The notes under the pieces are model-generated. The model ran no database searches. It was not told the DNA's origin and was given only the letters and a program-made list of their open reading frames with translations. From Candidatus Eiseniibacteriota bacterium (GTDB lineage: Bacteria; Eisenbacteria; RBG-16-71-46), in NCBI GenBank assembly GCA_963744995.1, contig CAVUWA010000002.1, positions 192,001-256,000 of the forward strand: 64,000 bases of DNA. The letters run 5' to 3'. This document shows positions 24,681-35,517 of this stretch, piece by piece; within the stretch, counting starts at the first letter, position 1, and each line of letters begins with the position of its first letter. Made by a program: the position numbers and the translations under genes.

Positions 24681-27020
24681 ATGACCACACGTTCGCTGGC
24701 GAGGCTGTTCGCGGCGCTGTGCTGTGCGGCGCCGTTTTGCACCGCGGGGCCGGCGGCCGCCGCGGTCACGCCCGGGCCGAGCTTCCAGTTCGGGCCGCTG
24801 CCTGCGCCGGAGCACGGCGCGGTCTGGGAGATGGCAATTCCGATCGAGGGCACCGATGCGGTGCTCGAAACAGCCGACGACCGGCTGTCCCTCGTCCCCG
24901 CGCCGGCGGGTGATCGCACCTGGCTGGTGTTCGCGGCGCGCCGCATCGGTCCGCTGAGCGCATTGCTGCGCGTGCGCGACGCGGGCGGGCACGCGCGTGC
25001 CGTCGCGGTCGCCGGCGAGGTCGTGCCGCGCGCCGCGTTCCGGGGCTTCCTGCTGCGCGGCGCCACGCCGGGCGCTGCGATCGAGCGCTACGTGCGCGCC
25101 GCCGGCCGTCCGATCGGCGCGCTGAGGATCCCGGGCGCGACGGTCGCCGCTGCCGACGGCGCGTCGGGATGGACGCATCTTCGCGTCCGGCTCCCGGCCG
25201 GGATGGGCGAATCCGACGGCACCCTCGAAGCGGACGGACGGACGCTGCCGGTGCACGCGTCGCTGCTCGAGTCCATCACCGTCGCGGGATCGATCCTGCT
25301 GGACCCGGATTTCGAGCCCGCGCGTCTCAGAGCGATCGATGAGGATCTGCAGGGCTCACGCATGAGCGGCCGCATCGGCGTACTGGGGCGGCGCGGCGAC
25401 AAGTGGCAGCTGCGCATGCTGCAGGCCGTGCCGGACGGCCCGACGGTCACGTTCTCGAGCCGTGGTTTCCAGGACGTCGCGCCGGTCGGCACGGCCGGCG
25501 AGCTCGCGCATCTCACGCGTCTCCATCACCTGGGCGGCGAAGCGACGGGCGAACGTTTCCTCGCGCTCACGCCGGGACGGGCGTCGATCGTGAACCCGGT
25601 TTCCGGCGTGCTCGCGCGATACGCCGACGCCCGCATGTCGCGTATCGCCGCGGCGCGTCAGAGTCGGCTCGACGAGAACCGCATCTACGCGATCACCGGC
25701 AACGGCGACGGCGAATGGTTCCTGTCCGGCCTGCAGGCGCGCCGCACGAACGGTATCGTCGAAATCACGCGCACGCGCTACACGCCGTCGCTGCAATCGT
25801 TCCTGGGCGCGCGCGAGCTGCTGGTCGGTGACATCGGCAGCATCGTGTACCCGCGCGTCAACGGGCTGCGTGAGAACCTGCTCGTCACCGTCGGTAATCA
25901 GAGCGGGGATCTGAACCTCGTGGAGCTCGAGCCTAGCGGCGCGACGGTGAGCGCCACGCCGCGCTACGGGATGCAGGTCGTCGATCCTCGGCAGCTGCCC
26001 GCCGTGCAGATGGACGTGCTGCCCACGCGGCTCGGCGCGTACGGGTTGCCGGCGCGGGTGCGGGTCAACGTGCCCGGGCAGGAGGTGCGCGTGCTGCAGG
26101 TAGACGCCCCCGGAAGCTGGAGCGTGCTCGGTCGTGAGGTGCTCGGCGTCCCGCTCCTGGCGGCGGGCGTCGCGCTGCGCGCGCAGCACTTCATGATCAC
26201 GGGCCCCGACGGCCAGGGCGGCGGACAGTTGCTGCGTTACCGCTACGATCCGATGCAGGACCTGCTGATCGGGCAGGCGAGCGGCGCCACGACGGCAGCG
26301 CCGCTCGACTACCTCGCCTCCGCACGCGGCGAGCACTCGTGGCTGCTCGGACGCGACGCGTTGACCGGACGCGGCACCGTTCAGCTGCTCACCAACGGGC
26401 TGCCCGCCGGGACCGATCACCCGCCGGTGGTGAACGCCGGCCCCGACGTCGAGACGACCGTCAGCCGCGTGTATCTGATTGCGGACGCGGAGGACGCCGA
26501 CGGCGATCCGGTCGCCGTGCGCTGGTACGGAACCGGCGTCGAGTTCACGGACCGCTTCGCCCGCTTCACCACCGCGCGGGTGCCGCGCGGCACGTCGCGC
26601 ATCATGGTGCGTGCGCGTTCGGCCGCCACGGCCGCGTCCGCTCCGGGCGCGGCGCAGGGCACCGGCGCGCTCACCGACGCCGACGTGGTCGTCGTGCACT
26701 ACGGCGACGTCACGGCCGTCGGCCCGGAGGGCCCGGGCCGGCTGGCGACCGCCATCGGGCGCCCCGAACCCAACCCGTCGAGCGCCCGCACGCGGATTCC
26801 GTTCACGCTCGCCGGCCGCGCGCACGTGCGGGTGGAGGTGTTCGACCTGCACGGCCGCAGGCTGCGGACGCTGGTGGATGCGGACCTCGACGCCGGGGGC
26901 CACGACGCGGTCTGGAACGGCGAGGACGCGGCCGGCGTGCGCGCCGCTGCGGGCGTCTACTTCGCCCGCTTGACCGCCGGCGCCCGCACGTACGAACGGC
27001 GGATCGTGTTCGCGCGATGA
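24681..27020 (+). CDS. Secreted protein of unknown function with a PKD-like domain and a FlgD-Ig C-terminal tail
   Basis: Signal peptide, PPVVNAGPD...DADGDPV...W, and C-terminal PEPNPSSARTRIPFTL...VFDLHGRRLRTL...WNGED...GVYFARL. Confidence 0.75.
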   Translation: MTTRSLARLFAALCCAAPFCTAGPAAAAVTPGPSFQFGPLPAPEHGAVWEMAIPIEGTDAVLETADDRLSLVPAPAGDRTWLVFAARRIGPLSALLRVRDAGGHARAVAVAGEVVPRAAFRGFLLRGATPGAAIERYVRAAGRPIGALRIPGATVAAADGASGWTHLRVRLPAGMGESDGTLEADGRTLPVHASLLESITVAGSILLDPDFEPARLRAIDEDLQGSRMSGRIGVLGRRGDKWQLRMLQAVPDGPTVTFSSRGFQDVAPVGTAGELAHLTRLHHLGGEATGERFLALTPGRASIVNPVSGVLARYADARMSRIAAARQSRLDENRIYAITGNGDGEWFLSGLQARRTNGIVEITRTRYTPSLQSFLGARELLVGDIGSIVYPRVNGLRENLLVTVGNQSGDLNLVELEPSGATVSATPRYGMQVVDPRQLPAVQMDVLPTRLGAYGLPARVRVNVPGQEVRVLQVDAPGSWSVLGREVLGVPLLAAGVALRAQHFMITGPDGQGGGQLLRYRYDPMQDLLIGQASGATTAAPLDYLASARGEHSWLLGRDALTGRGTVQLLTNGLPAGTDHPPVVNAGPDVETTVSRVYLIADAEDADGDPVAVRWYGTGVEFTDRFARFTTARVPRGTSRIMVRARSAATAASAPGAAQGTGALTDADVVVVHYGDVTAVGPEGPGRLATAIGRPEPNPSSARTRIPFTLAGRAHVRVEVFDLHGRRLRTLVDADLDAGGHDAVWNGEDAAGVRAAAGVYFARLTAGARTYERRIVFAR

Positions 27021-28378
27021 GCGCGCTGTCCAGGCGGCGCTTCCTCGCGATCGGAGCCGCGGGGGCCGCCGGACTGGCGTTCCAGGGGCCGGCCCGCGCG
27101 TTCGCCGCCCTGGGCGCCCGCGGCGCGCCGATGCCCGAGTACGCCGGGAGCCTCGACGAACTGCTGGTGGTGTTCGATCAGAGTCGCTCGCTCCACCTCA
27201 TGCGCGAGATCGTGGAGATCCTGCGCCACGCACCCGGCGCGAAGCTGCACGTGCTGGTGTCGCGCGCACTCGAGGCCGAGGCCCGCGAGCGCTTCGCGGC
27301 GCATGGCCTCCGCGACGCCGCGTTCCTGCCCTCCGATGCCGGCGGCGTGTCGGGCGACTGGGGGCGCGACATCCTGCAGGTTGCACGCGATCCGGACGGC
27401 ACCCGCGTCGTGCACGTGCCGTGGAACAAGGCGGGTCGCACGCGCGCAGCGCTGGAGCGGGGCGTCCGCGAACTGGCCGGGCTCGCGCGCGACGACCTGC
27501 GGGTCAGACTGCTGCCCGCGGCGTGGGAGGGCGGCAATCTGATGACCGACCGTGCCGCGGACGGCCACGGCGTGCTGTTCGCCGGTTCGACGATTGCGGT
27601 CGAGACGACGGCACTCTACCGGCGCTGGTACGATGCGACGATCGACGCGGACGAGGTCGCGCGCCTGATGGGCGAGGCGCTCGGCTGCGACGAAGTGGTG
27701 TGGATCGGACCGCGCGACCGGGCGGGGCGCCTGCAACGCCAGCCGCGCCTGCTGTTCCACGTCGACATGGGGATGACCCTGATCGCACCGGGGGTCGCCG
27801 TGGTCGCGCGACTCGATCCCGGCGCGAGGTGGCGGGTGCCGCACCGCGACGTGCTGGCGCGCGAACTGGCATGGACCCGCGCGGCGGTCGAGCGCCGGCG
27901 CCTGGCGGGACGCCCGGAGGCGCCGCTGCCGGCCCTGCCCGATTCGGGCGCCGAGGCGGCATGGCTCGACGCCGCCGTCGATGCCGAGAACGAAGCGCTC
28001 GCGGCGGCGGCCGCGCATCTCGAGCACACGGCGCGGATCCTCGCCACGCGTGGTCACACGGTGCATCGCGTCACGACCGGGCCGGAACGGGCGCGGCGCT
28101 TCCAGTCGTACACCAACGTCATCCCGTCGCGCGACCGGCTGATCGTCCCGATCTATCCGTCGGTCGAGCGCGTGCACGGCTGGGTCGTGCCCGGCCCGAA
28201 CGGGCGCGACCGGGTCGACGTGGACCCGGGAATCGAGGACAGCGACTTCGATCTGGCGGACGCCAATCTGGCGGCGGTCGAGCTCTACCGCTCTCTCCAT
28301 CCCGGCGTGCGCGTCGTGCGCGACTATTTCTACATGGCGAGCGGCAACGCGCACTGCGTGATCGGGCGCCTGAGCTGA
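27017..28378 (+). CDS. Tat-exported pentein (agmatine/peptidyl-arginine deiminase-like) enzyme
   Basis: SRRRFL twin-arginine signal. Catalytic motifs WGRD, EGGN, HVD, YTN and C-terminal GNAHC. ATGA overlap with the upstream gene. Confidence 0.75.
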   Translation: MSALSRRRFLAIGAAGAAGLAFQGPARAFAALGARGAPMPEYAGSLDELLVVFDQSRSLHLMREIVEILRHAPGAKLHVLVSRALEAEARERFAAHGLRDAAFLPSDAGGVSGDWGRDILQVARDPDGTRVVHVPWNKAGRTRAALERGVRELAGLARDDLRVRLLPAAWEGGNLMTDRAADGHGVLFAGSTIAVETTALYRRWYDATIDADEVARLMGEALGCDEVVWIGPRDRAGRLQRQPRLLFHVDMGMTLIAPGVAVVARLDPGARWRVPHRDVLARELAWTRAAVERRRLAGRPEAPLPALPDSGAEAAWLDAAVDAENEALAAAAAHLEHTARILATRGHTVHRVTTGPERARRFQSYTNVIPSRDRLIVPIYPSVERVHGWVVPGPNGRDRVDVDPGIEDSDFDLADANLAAVELYRSLHPGVRVVRDYFYMASGNAHCVIGRLS

Positions 28379-28533
28379 ACCGCGGAGCGCGCCGCGCGTT
28401 TTGCGACCATCCGCAAACCCGATAATCTGATCCGGATCGACGTGCATCTCCGGCACCGGCTACACCGGATCCGTCCCGTCGCAGGACGGTGACGCCGGCC
28501 GCCGCTTTCCCACGACGCCGAGGGGCTGCTCCC

Positions 28534-29787
28534 ATGACGCTACCGGTACCTGCCAAGACCAGCGTGGTCGAGCGGTTTCTGCGCTACGTCACCTACGACA
28601 CGCAGTCGAGCATGACGTCCTCGAGCTATCCGAGCACCGAGAAGCAGCTCGTGCTGCTCGACCTCCTGGCGAAAGAACTGGGTGAGATCGGCGTGAAGGA
28701 CGCGGCGCGCGACCCGCACGGCTACGTGACGGGGACCATTCCCGCCACGACGCCGAAGGCCGACGTGCCGGTGATCGGCCTGCTCGCGCACGTGGACACC
28801 TCGCCCGAGACGAGCGGCAGGGACGTGAAGCCGATCGTGCACCGGAACTGGCAGGGCGGCGACATCGTGCTGCCCGACGACCCGTCCATCGTGCTGCGGC
28901 CCGCGGACATTCCGAACCTGCGCGAGCAGATCGGCAACGACATCATCACCGCGTCCGGCACGACGCTGCTCGGCTCCGACAACAAGTCGGGCGTCGCCGA
29001 GATCATGGCCGCCGCGGAGTTCCTGCTCGCGCACCCGGAGATTCCGCACGGCACGATCCGCATCGGATTCACGCCAGACGAGGAAATCGGCCGCGGCGTC
29101 GAGTACTTCGACGTGAAGGCCTTCGGCGCCGCCTACGGCTATACGCTCGATGCCGCGGGCCGCGGCACGCTGGAGATCGAAACGTTCTCGGCGGACTCGA
29201 TGCGCGTGACGTTCGAGGGCGTAAACGCGCACCCGGGCTTTGCGAAGGGCCGCATGACGAACGCGATCAAGGTGATGGCTGACTTCGTCTCGCGCCTGCC
29301 GCGCGACCTGTCGCCGGAGCGCACCGAAGGCCGCGAGGGCTTCGTGCATCCGATGGTCGCCGAAGCGTCGGTGGAGAAGGCCAGCGTGCTGTTCATCATC
29401 CGCGACTTCGTGACCGCCGAGCTGGCCCGCAAGGAGGACCTGCTGCGCGGTCTGGCGCGCGAAGCGGCGGCGGCCTGGCCGGGGGCGCAGGCGACGTTCG
29501 AGGTGCAGGAGGCCTATCGCAACATGAAGGACGTGCTCGATCACCATCCGCAGGCGGTGGAGAACGCGCGCGAGGCCATCCGCCGCGCCGGGCTCGAGCT
29601 GCGTGAGTCGGCGATCCGCGGCGGCACGGACGGCTCCAAGCTCAGCTTCATGGGCCTGCCGACGCCGAACGTCTTCGCTGGCGAGAACAACTTCCATTCG
29701 AGGTACGAATGGGTATCGGCGCAGGACATGGAGAAGGCGGTGGAGACGATCGTCCATCTGTGCCGCGTGTGGGAGGAGCGCGCATGA
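28534..29787 (+). CDS. pepT: Peptidase T (M20B tripeptidase)
   Basis: ERFLRYV, AHVDTSP, TLLGSDNKSG, FTPDEEIGRG, IRGGTDG and NFHSRYEW. Confidence 0.95.
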   Translation: MTLPVPAKTSVVERFLRYVTYDTQSSMTSSSYPSTEKQLVLLDLLAKELGEIGVKDAARDPHGYVTGTIPATTPKADVPVIGLLAHVDTSPETSGRDVKPIVHRNWQGGDIVLPDDPSIVLRPADIPNLREQIGNDIITASGTTLLGSDNKSGVAEIMAAAEFLLAHPEIPHGTIRIGFTPDEEIGRGVEYFDVKAFGAAYGYTLDAAGRGTLEIETFSADSMRVTFEGVNAHPGFAKGRMTNAIKVMADFVSRLPRDLSPERTEGREGFVHPMVAEASVEKASVLFIIRDFVTAELARKEDLLRGLAREAAAAWPGAQATFEVQEAYRNMKDVLDHHPQAVENAREAIRRAGLELRESAIRGGTDGSKLSFMGLPTPNVFAGENNFHSRYEWVSAQDMEKAVETIVHLCRVWEERA

Positions 29788-30611
29788 GCGAGGCGCTGCG
29801 GCTGCTCGCCGTTCTCGCGCACCCCGACGACGAGTCGCTGGGCTTCGGCGGCACGCTGGCGAAGTACGCGGCCGAAGGGGTCGAGACGCACCTGGTCACG
29901 GCGACGCACGGCCAGAGCGGCCGTTTTCGCGGTCATGTTCCGGGTTCGCCGGAACACCCCGGCATGGAGAAGCTCGCGGAGATCCGCGAACGCGAACTCA
30001 CCGCCGCGGCCGATGCGCTGGGCATCCGCAGCACGGCGCTGCTCGGCTACGTGGACAAGCAGCTCGACGCCGCGCCGCCGCGCGAGGTCATCGGCCGCGT
30101 GGTCGCGCAGGTGCGGCGCATTCGGCCGCACGCCGTGGTGACGTTCGACCCCGAGGGCGGCTACGGCCACCCGGATCACATCGCCATCTCGCAGATCACG
30201 GCCGCCGCGCTGATCGAAGCCGCGAACCCGGCCTATCGCGGCGAAGGCGCCCACCTTGCTCCGCACGCGGCCGCGAAGCTCTACTACATCGCCTGGCCGC
30301 AACCGGCGTGGGACGCCTACGAGGCGGCGTTCCGGAAGATGGTGTCGCACGTGGACGGCGTGGAACGCCAGGGCAGCCCGTGGGCCGACTGGGCGATCAC
30401 GACGGTGATCGACACGCGTGAACACTGGAACACGGTGTGGAAGGCGGTCTCCTGCCACGAGTCGCAGATTACCGCCTACGAAAAGCTCGGCTCGCTGTCG
30501 CCCGAGCACCACGAAGCGCTGTGGGGCTGGCAGTCGTACTACCGCGTGTTCAGCACGGTGAACGGCGGGCGCGCGAAGGAAACCGATCTCTTCGAGGGAC
30601 TGCGCGGCTGA
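29784..30611 (+). CDS. PIG-L/LmbE family deacetylase
   Basis: AHPDDE and GGYGHPDH zinc motifs; ATGA-coupled to pepT. Confidence 0.9.
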   Translation: MSEALRLLAVLAHPDDESLGFGGTLAKYAAEGVETHLVTATHGQSGRFRGHVPGSPEHPGMEKLAEIRERELTAAADALGIRSTALLGYVDKQLDAAPPREVIGRVVAQVRRIRPHAVVTFDPEGGYGHPDHIAISQITAAALIEAANPAYRGEGAHLAPHAAAKLYYIAWPQPAWDAYEAAFRKMVSHVDGVERQGSPWADWAITTVIDTREHWNTVWKAVSCHESQITAYEKLGSLSPEHHEALWGWQSYYRVFSTVNGGRAKETDLFEGLRG

Positions 30612-30636
30612 CCGCCGCAGGAAAGGATGTGGCGTC

Positions 30637-32145
30637 TTGGGTCCGGAATCGACGACGCAGCGCAGGACGGCGCTCACCATGGACACCGAAGCGTTCCGCG
30701 CCGCGGGGCACGCACTGGTGGATCGCATCGCCGAACGGCTCGCCGCGATCCCCGACGGCCCCGTCACCCGCGACATCGCACCTTCGGCGCTGCGTGAAGC
30801 GCTCGGCATCGGCGGCCCGCTGCCCGAGAAGGGCGGCGACGCCGGTGCGCTGCTCGAGCGCGCGACCAGGCTGTTCGATCACTCGCTGTTCAATGCGCAT
30901 CCGCGCTTCTTCGGCTACATCACCGCACCGCCCGCGCCGATCGGGATCCTCGGCGACTTCCTCGCCTCGGCGCTGAACGCGAACTGCGGCCTCTGGGTGC
31001 TGTCGCCGGCCGCAACCGAAGTCGAAGCCGAGACGGTGCGCTGGATCGCCGAGCTGATCGGCTACCCGGGGGATTGCGGCGGCGTGCTGGTGAGCGGCGG
31101 CAACATGGCGAATCTCGTGTGCTTTTTCGCGGCGCGCGCCGCGCGGGCCGGCTGGGACGTACGTAAGGAAGGGGCGGGAGCAGGCCCGCCGCTGCGCGTC
31201 TACGGCTCGGCGGAGACCCACACCTGGATCTCGAAGGCCACCGACCTCGCCGGCATGGGAACGGACGCGATCCGCTGGGTCCCGACCGACGCGGATCTGC
31301 GCATGGATCTCGCCGCGCTCGAGAAGGCGATCGAGGCCGACCGCGCGGCGGGCGCCCGCCCGTTCATGGTGGTCGGCACCGGTGGCTCGGTGAGCACCGG
31401 CGTGGTGGACGCGCTGCCTGCGTTCCGCGCGCTGTGCGACCGCCACGGGCTGTGGTTCCACGTCGACGGTGCCTACGGCGGTTTCGCCGCGGCGTCGCCC
31501 GAAGCCCCGGACGACCTGCGCGCGCTCGCGTACGCCGACTCGGTGGCGGTGGATCCGCACAAGTGGCTGTATGCGCCGCTCGAGGCGGGCTGCGCGCTGG
31601 TGCGCGACGAAGAGGTGCTGCGCGCGGCGTTCTCCTACCACCCGCCCTACTACCACTTCCAGGAAAAGGCGACGAACTTCGTCGACATGGGCATGCAGAA
31701 TTCCCGTGGTTTTCGCGCGCTCAAGGTGTGGCTGCAGCTGCAGCACGCCGGTGCGGCGGGATACCGCGAGATGATCACGGAGGACATCCGCCTCTCCCGT
31801 GCGCTCGCCGAGGCGGTACGCGCACACCCCGAGATCGAGTTCATGACGCAGGAGCTGAGCATCACCACGTTCCGGTTCGTGCCGCCGGATCTGCAGGTGC
31901 GCGCGGGCGAGCCGGCGGTCGAGGCGTACCTCAACGATCTCAACCAGACCCTGCTCGACCGCACCCAGCGCGAAGGCGAGGCGTTCGTCTCGAACGCCGT
32001 GATCCACGGTCGCTACGTGCTGCGGGCGTGCATCGTGAACTTTCACACGGGCGCGGGGGACGTTGCAGCGTTGCCGGAGATCTTCTCGCGCGCGGGGCGC
32101 AAGCTCGACGCGGAGCTGCGGCCGGCCGCGCTGCGGGCCGGATGA
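30637..32145 (+). CDS. Group II PLP-dependent (aromatic amino acid-like) decarboxylase (start may be ATG 30679)
   Basis: HPRFFGYI, SGGNMAN, HVDGAYG, DPHKWL (PLP lysine) and SRGFRALKVW. Confidence 0.9.
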   Translation: MGPESTTQRRTALTMDTEAFRAAGHALVDRIAERLAAIPDGPVTRDIAPSALREALGIGGPLPEKGGDAGALLERATRLFDHSLFNAHPRFFGYITAPPAPIGILGDFLASALNANCGLWVLSPAATEVEAETVRWIAELIGYPGDCGGVLVSGGNMANLVCFFAARAARAGWDVRKEGAGAGPPLRVYGSAETHTWISKATDLAGMGTDAIRWVPTDADLRMDLAALEKAIEADRAAGARPFMVVGTGGSVSTGVVDALPAFRALCDRHGLWFHVDGAYGGFAAASPEAPDDLRALAYADSVAVDPHKWLYAPLEAGCALVRDEEVLRAAFSYHPPYYHFQEKATNFVDMGMQNSRGFRALKVWLQLQHAGAAGYREMITEDIRLSRALAEAVRAHPEIEFMTQELSITTFRFVPPDLQVRAGEPAVEAYLNDLNQTLLDRTQREGEAFVSNAVIHGRYVLRACIVNFHTGAGDVAALPEIFSRAGRKLDAELRPAALRAG

Positions 32146-32176
32146 TGGCGAGTCGCGTTGCGGTGGAGACCGGCGC

Positions 32177-32798
32177 ATGAATTTCGATCCGGGCACGCTG
32201 GCGCCGCGCGACATGTACGGTTTCATGATCGACGCGATCGTGCCGCGGCCGATCGCGTTCGCCTCCACGACCGGACCGGCGGGCGTCTTCAACGTGGCGC
32301 CGTTCTCGTTCTTCAACGCGATCACCGGCCAGCCGCCGCTGGTGAGCATCTGCATCAGCGGCCGGCGCACCGGAATCAAAGACACGCTGCGCAACATCCA
32401 GGATACGGGCGAGTTCGTGGTGAACGTCGTGCCGGAGGCACTGTTCAGGCAGATGGTGCGGACCTCGGGGGACTGGCCGCCGGAGACGAGCGAATTCGAC
32501 GTCACCGGGCTCACCCCGGCCCCGTCCGAGCGCGTGCGCGCGCCGCGCGTCGCGGAGTCGCCGGTCCACCTCGAGTGCCGGCTGGAGCGCCTCGATCCGC
32601 TTCAACCGGACGACGATGGTGGTGGGGGAGATCGTGTTCGCCCACGCCGACGAGCGCGTGATGACCGACGGCCGCGTGGACGCCGAGAAGCTGCGCCCGG
32701 TCGGCCGGCTCGGCGGCGACGGCTACGCGATCGTGCGCGAGGTCCTGCACGAGGCGCGCCCGCGGGTCGGTCCGCCGGCGCGGGAGAGGAACGCATGA
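32177..32798 (+). CDS. Flavin reductase-like (DIM6/NTAB) family protein, one frameshift near 32600
   Basis: IVPRPIA, NVAPFSFFN, KDTLRNI, PRVAESP; continues as VVGEI...PVGRLGG..Y in another frame. Confidence 0.85.
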
Positions 32799-35054
32799 AC
32801 GGGTCGCGCACTCGGTGGGCGCCGGCGTGCGCCGCGATACTCGCGGTGTGCGCGTTCAGCGGCGTTCGCAGCCGCGGGCGCACGGCGCCGAGCACGCTCC
32901 GGCCGGGGCCGATTCGGGCCGGCGGGCGCAGCTTCCTCGATCGCTACACGCTCACCAACGGCTTCACCAACGGCCGGCCGCGCAGCGTCACGGCGACGAA
33001 GGATGGAAGCACCGTGTACTTCCTGCGCTCGGGGCCGCGGGACCGGGTGCAGGATCTCTACGCGTACGACGTGAAGGCCGCCGAGGAGCACGTGGTGTTC
33101 ACCGCGGAGTCGGTCCTGCACGGCGCCGCCGAGCATCTGTCGGCGGCCGAGCGGGAGCGCCGCGAGCGGGCGCGTCAGAGCGCGCGCGGAATCGCCTCGT
33201 ACGAGCTGTCGCCGGACGACCGCCGGCTGCTGGTGCCGCTCGCCGGGCGCCTGTTCGTGATCGAGCGCGCGAGCGGGGAGCGTGCGCGAGCTCACCGGAG
33301 CGCAGGGCGCGCCGCTCGATCCGCGTTTCTCGCCGGACGGCTCGCACGTGGCCTGCGTCCGCAACGGCGATCTGTACCTGTACGACGCCGCCACCGGCGC
33401 CGAGCAGCGGCTCACGGATTCCGCGACCGGGGACGTCTCGAACGGCCTCGCCGAGTTCGCCGCGCAGGAAGAGATGCTGCGCCGGCAGGGCTACTGGTGG
33501 TCGCCCGACGGCCGCGCGATCCTCTGCGAGCAGGCCGACACGTCGCCGGTCGAGAAGTTCAGGATTCCGGATCTGTCGAATCCGCAGCAGGCGCCGCACA
33601 TCTGGCCGTATCCGCGCGCGGGGCACGCGAACGCGATCGTGAAACTCGCGGTCCTCCCGCTGGATGGCGGCGCTCCGGTGTGGGTGGAGTGGGACCGCAC
33701 GCGCTTCCCGTATCTCGTCACGGTGCGCTGGGAGCCGAACGCGCCGCCCACGCTCGTGGTCCACGACCGGCACCAGGAGCACGCGCGCGTACTGGTCGTG
33801 GACGCCGCGACCGGAAAGACGCGCGAGCTGCTGCGCGAACACGATCCGTCATGGCTGCAGTTCGAGCAGAGCGTGCCGCACTGGCGCGCCGACGGGAAGG
33901 CCTTCCTGTGGTCCACCGAGCGCGGCGGCGACTGGCGGCTCGAGCTGCGCGACCGCGGCGGACGGCTGATCCGCACGCTGACGCGGCCGCCGCTGCGATA
34001 CCGCAAGCTCGCCGGCATCGACGAGGCGTCGAACAGCGCGATCGTGCAGGCCTCCGCGAACGACCCGACCGAGCGGCATCTGTGGCGCGTTCCGCTGGAC
34101 GGGCACGGCGGGCCGCAACCGATCGCGCCGGCGCCCGGCGACCAGGACGCGACGATGCACGCGGGCCGCGCGATCTTCGCGGTCGAGCACCAGGGCCGCG
34201 ACGGGTCGTACCGCATGGAGCTGGATTCGATGAGCGGAGGAGTCGTCGGCACGCTGCGCTCCGTGGCCGAGACGCTGCCGTTCGAGCCGAACGTGCAATG
34301 GCTGACGCTCGATCCGCCGCTCCGCATGCACGCCTCGATCGTGCGCCCACGCGACTTCGTCGAGGGCCGCCGCTACCCGGTGCTCGTGCACGTCTACGGC
34401 GGCCCGTACCATCAGGAGGTACGGGCGACGCGGCAGCGCTATCTGTTCGAACAGTGGTTCGCGGATCAGGGTTTCGTGGTGGTGGCGGCGGACGGCCGCG
34501 GTACCCCGGGGCGCGGCCGCGCGTGGGAGCGTGCGATCGACGGCGACCTGATCGAGATCCCGCTTGCCGATCAGGTGGCCGCGATCCGGCAGCTCGGCGT
34601 GCGTTTCCCGGAAATGGACATGGATCGCGTCGGCATCTGGGGCTGGTCGTTCGGCGGTTACTTCAGCGCGATGGCCGTGATGCGGCACCCGGAGCTGTTC
34701 AAGGCGGGCATCGCCGGCGCGCCGGTCGCCGACTGGCGCGATTACAGCACCTACTACACCGAGCGCTACATGAATCTTCCGGACGAGAACCCGAAGGGCT
34801 ACGCGAACGCCAGCGTGCTGACATGGGCGCCGCAGCTCGAGCGGCCGCTGCTGATCATTCACGGCACCGCGGACGACAACGTGTACTTCATGCACAGCGC
34901 GAAGATCGCCGACGCGCTGTTCCGCGCCGGGAAGGCCTTCGACTTCCTGCCGCTCTCGCAGTTCACGCACATGGTCGTGGACGTCGAGGCGCGCACGCGG
35001 ATGTACGAGCGCATGCGCGCGTTCCTGGAAGCGAACCTGAAAGCGGCGCCGTGA
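32795..35054 (+). CDS. S9 family (DPP IV-like) peptidase with a frameshift near 33280
   Basis: GYWWSPDG, YPRAG, VYGGP, GIWGWSFGG (catalytic Ser), HGTADDNV (Asp) and a C-terminal His. Confidence 0.9.
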
Positions 35055-35406
35055 ACTCCGGGATCCGCAAGATCCACGTGAAGACCGAGGAAGAGCTGTG
35101 GCTCGTCACCCAGCGCAATGTTCCGCTCTGGGACATCCTCGATTTCTTCCCGAGCGACGCGATCGGCCCGCGCGGACCGAAGGACGAGCCGCGGCCGTAC
35201 GACGTGAAACCCGTGACGATCGAGACCGACCTCGGTTTCTCGTTCGAGAGCGACATCCAGTACGGCAGCTGGATCTTCCGCCCGCGCTCGCCGAAGCAGC
35301 CCGGGATGATGAAGTGGTGCAGGGAGCGCGGCATCGAGGTGGGCGACGCGCTGGTGTTCGAGAAGACGGGCGAGCGGCGATTTCGGTTGACGCTGGAAAA
35401 GGGCGG
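34862..35406 (+). repeat. 545-bp direct repeat, copy 1 (S9 peptidase 3' end plus the small downstream gene)
   Basis: Aligns without gaps to 37248-37792 with 22 substitutions by manual count. Confidence 0.95.
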
Positions 35407-35413
35407 TCGTTGA
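35051..35413 (+). CDS. Hypothetical 120-aa protein, copy 1 (possible B3/EcoRII-N-like pseudobarrel)
   Basis: GTGA-coupled to the peptidase. The two copies differ mostly synonymously, which supports coding status. FFPSDAIG...E(S/T)DI...GDALVFE..GERRFRL pattern. Confidence 0.75.
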   Translation: MNSGIRKIHVKTEEELWLVTQRNVPLWDILDFFPSDAIGPRGPKDEPRPYDVKPVTIETDLGFSFESDIQYGSWIFRPRSPKQPGMMKWCRERGIEVGDALVFEKTGERRFRLTLEKGGR

Positions 35414-35517
35414 ACTTGCTGTATGCTTTTGCCACGGCTGGCGCAGGGGGAACGGCGCCACGGGCGGAGTGCCCTGAACGCCGCAGGACGACCGGGTGAA
35501 CGCGTGGGGGCCTGTCC

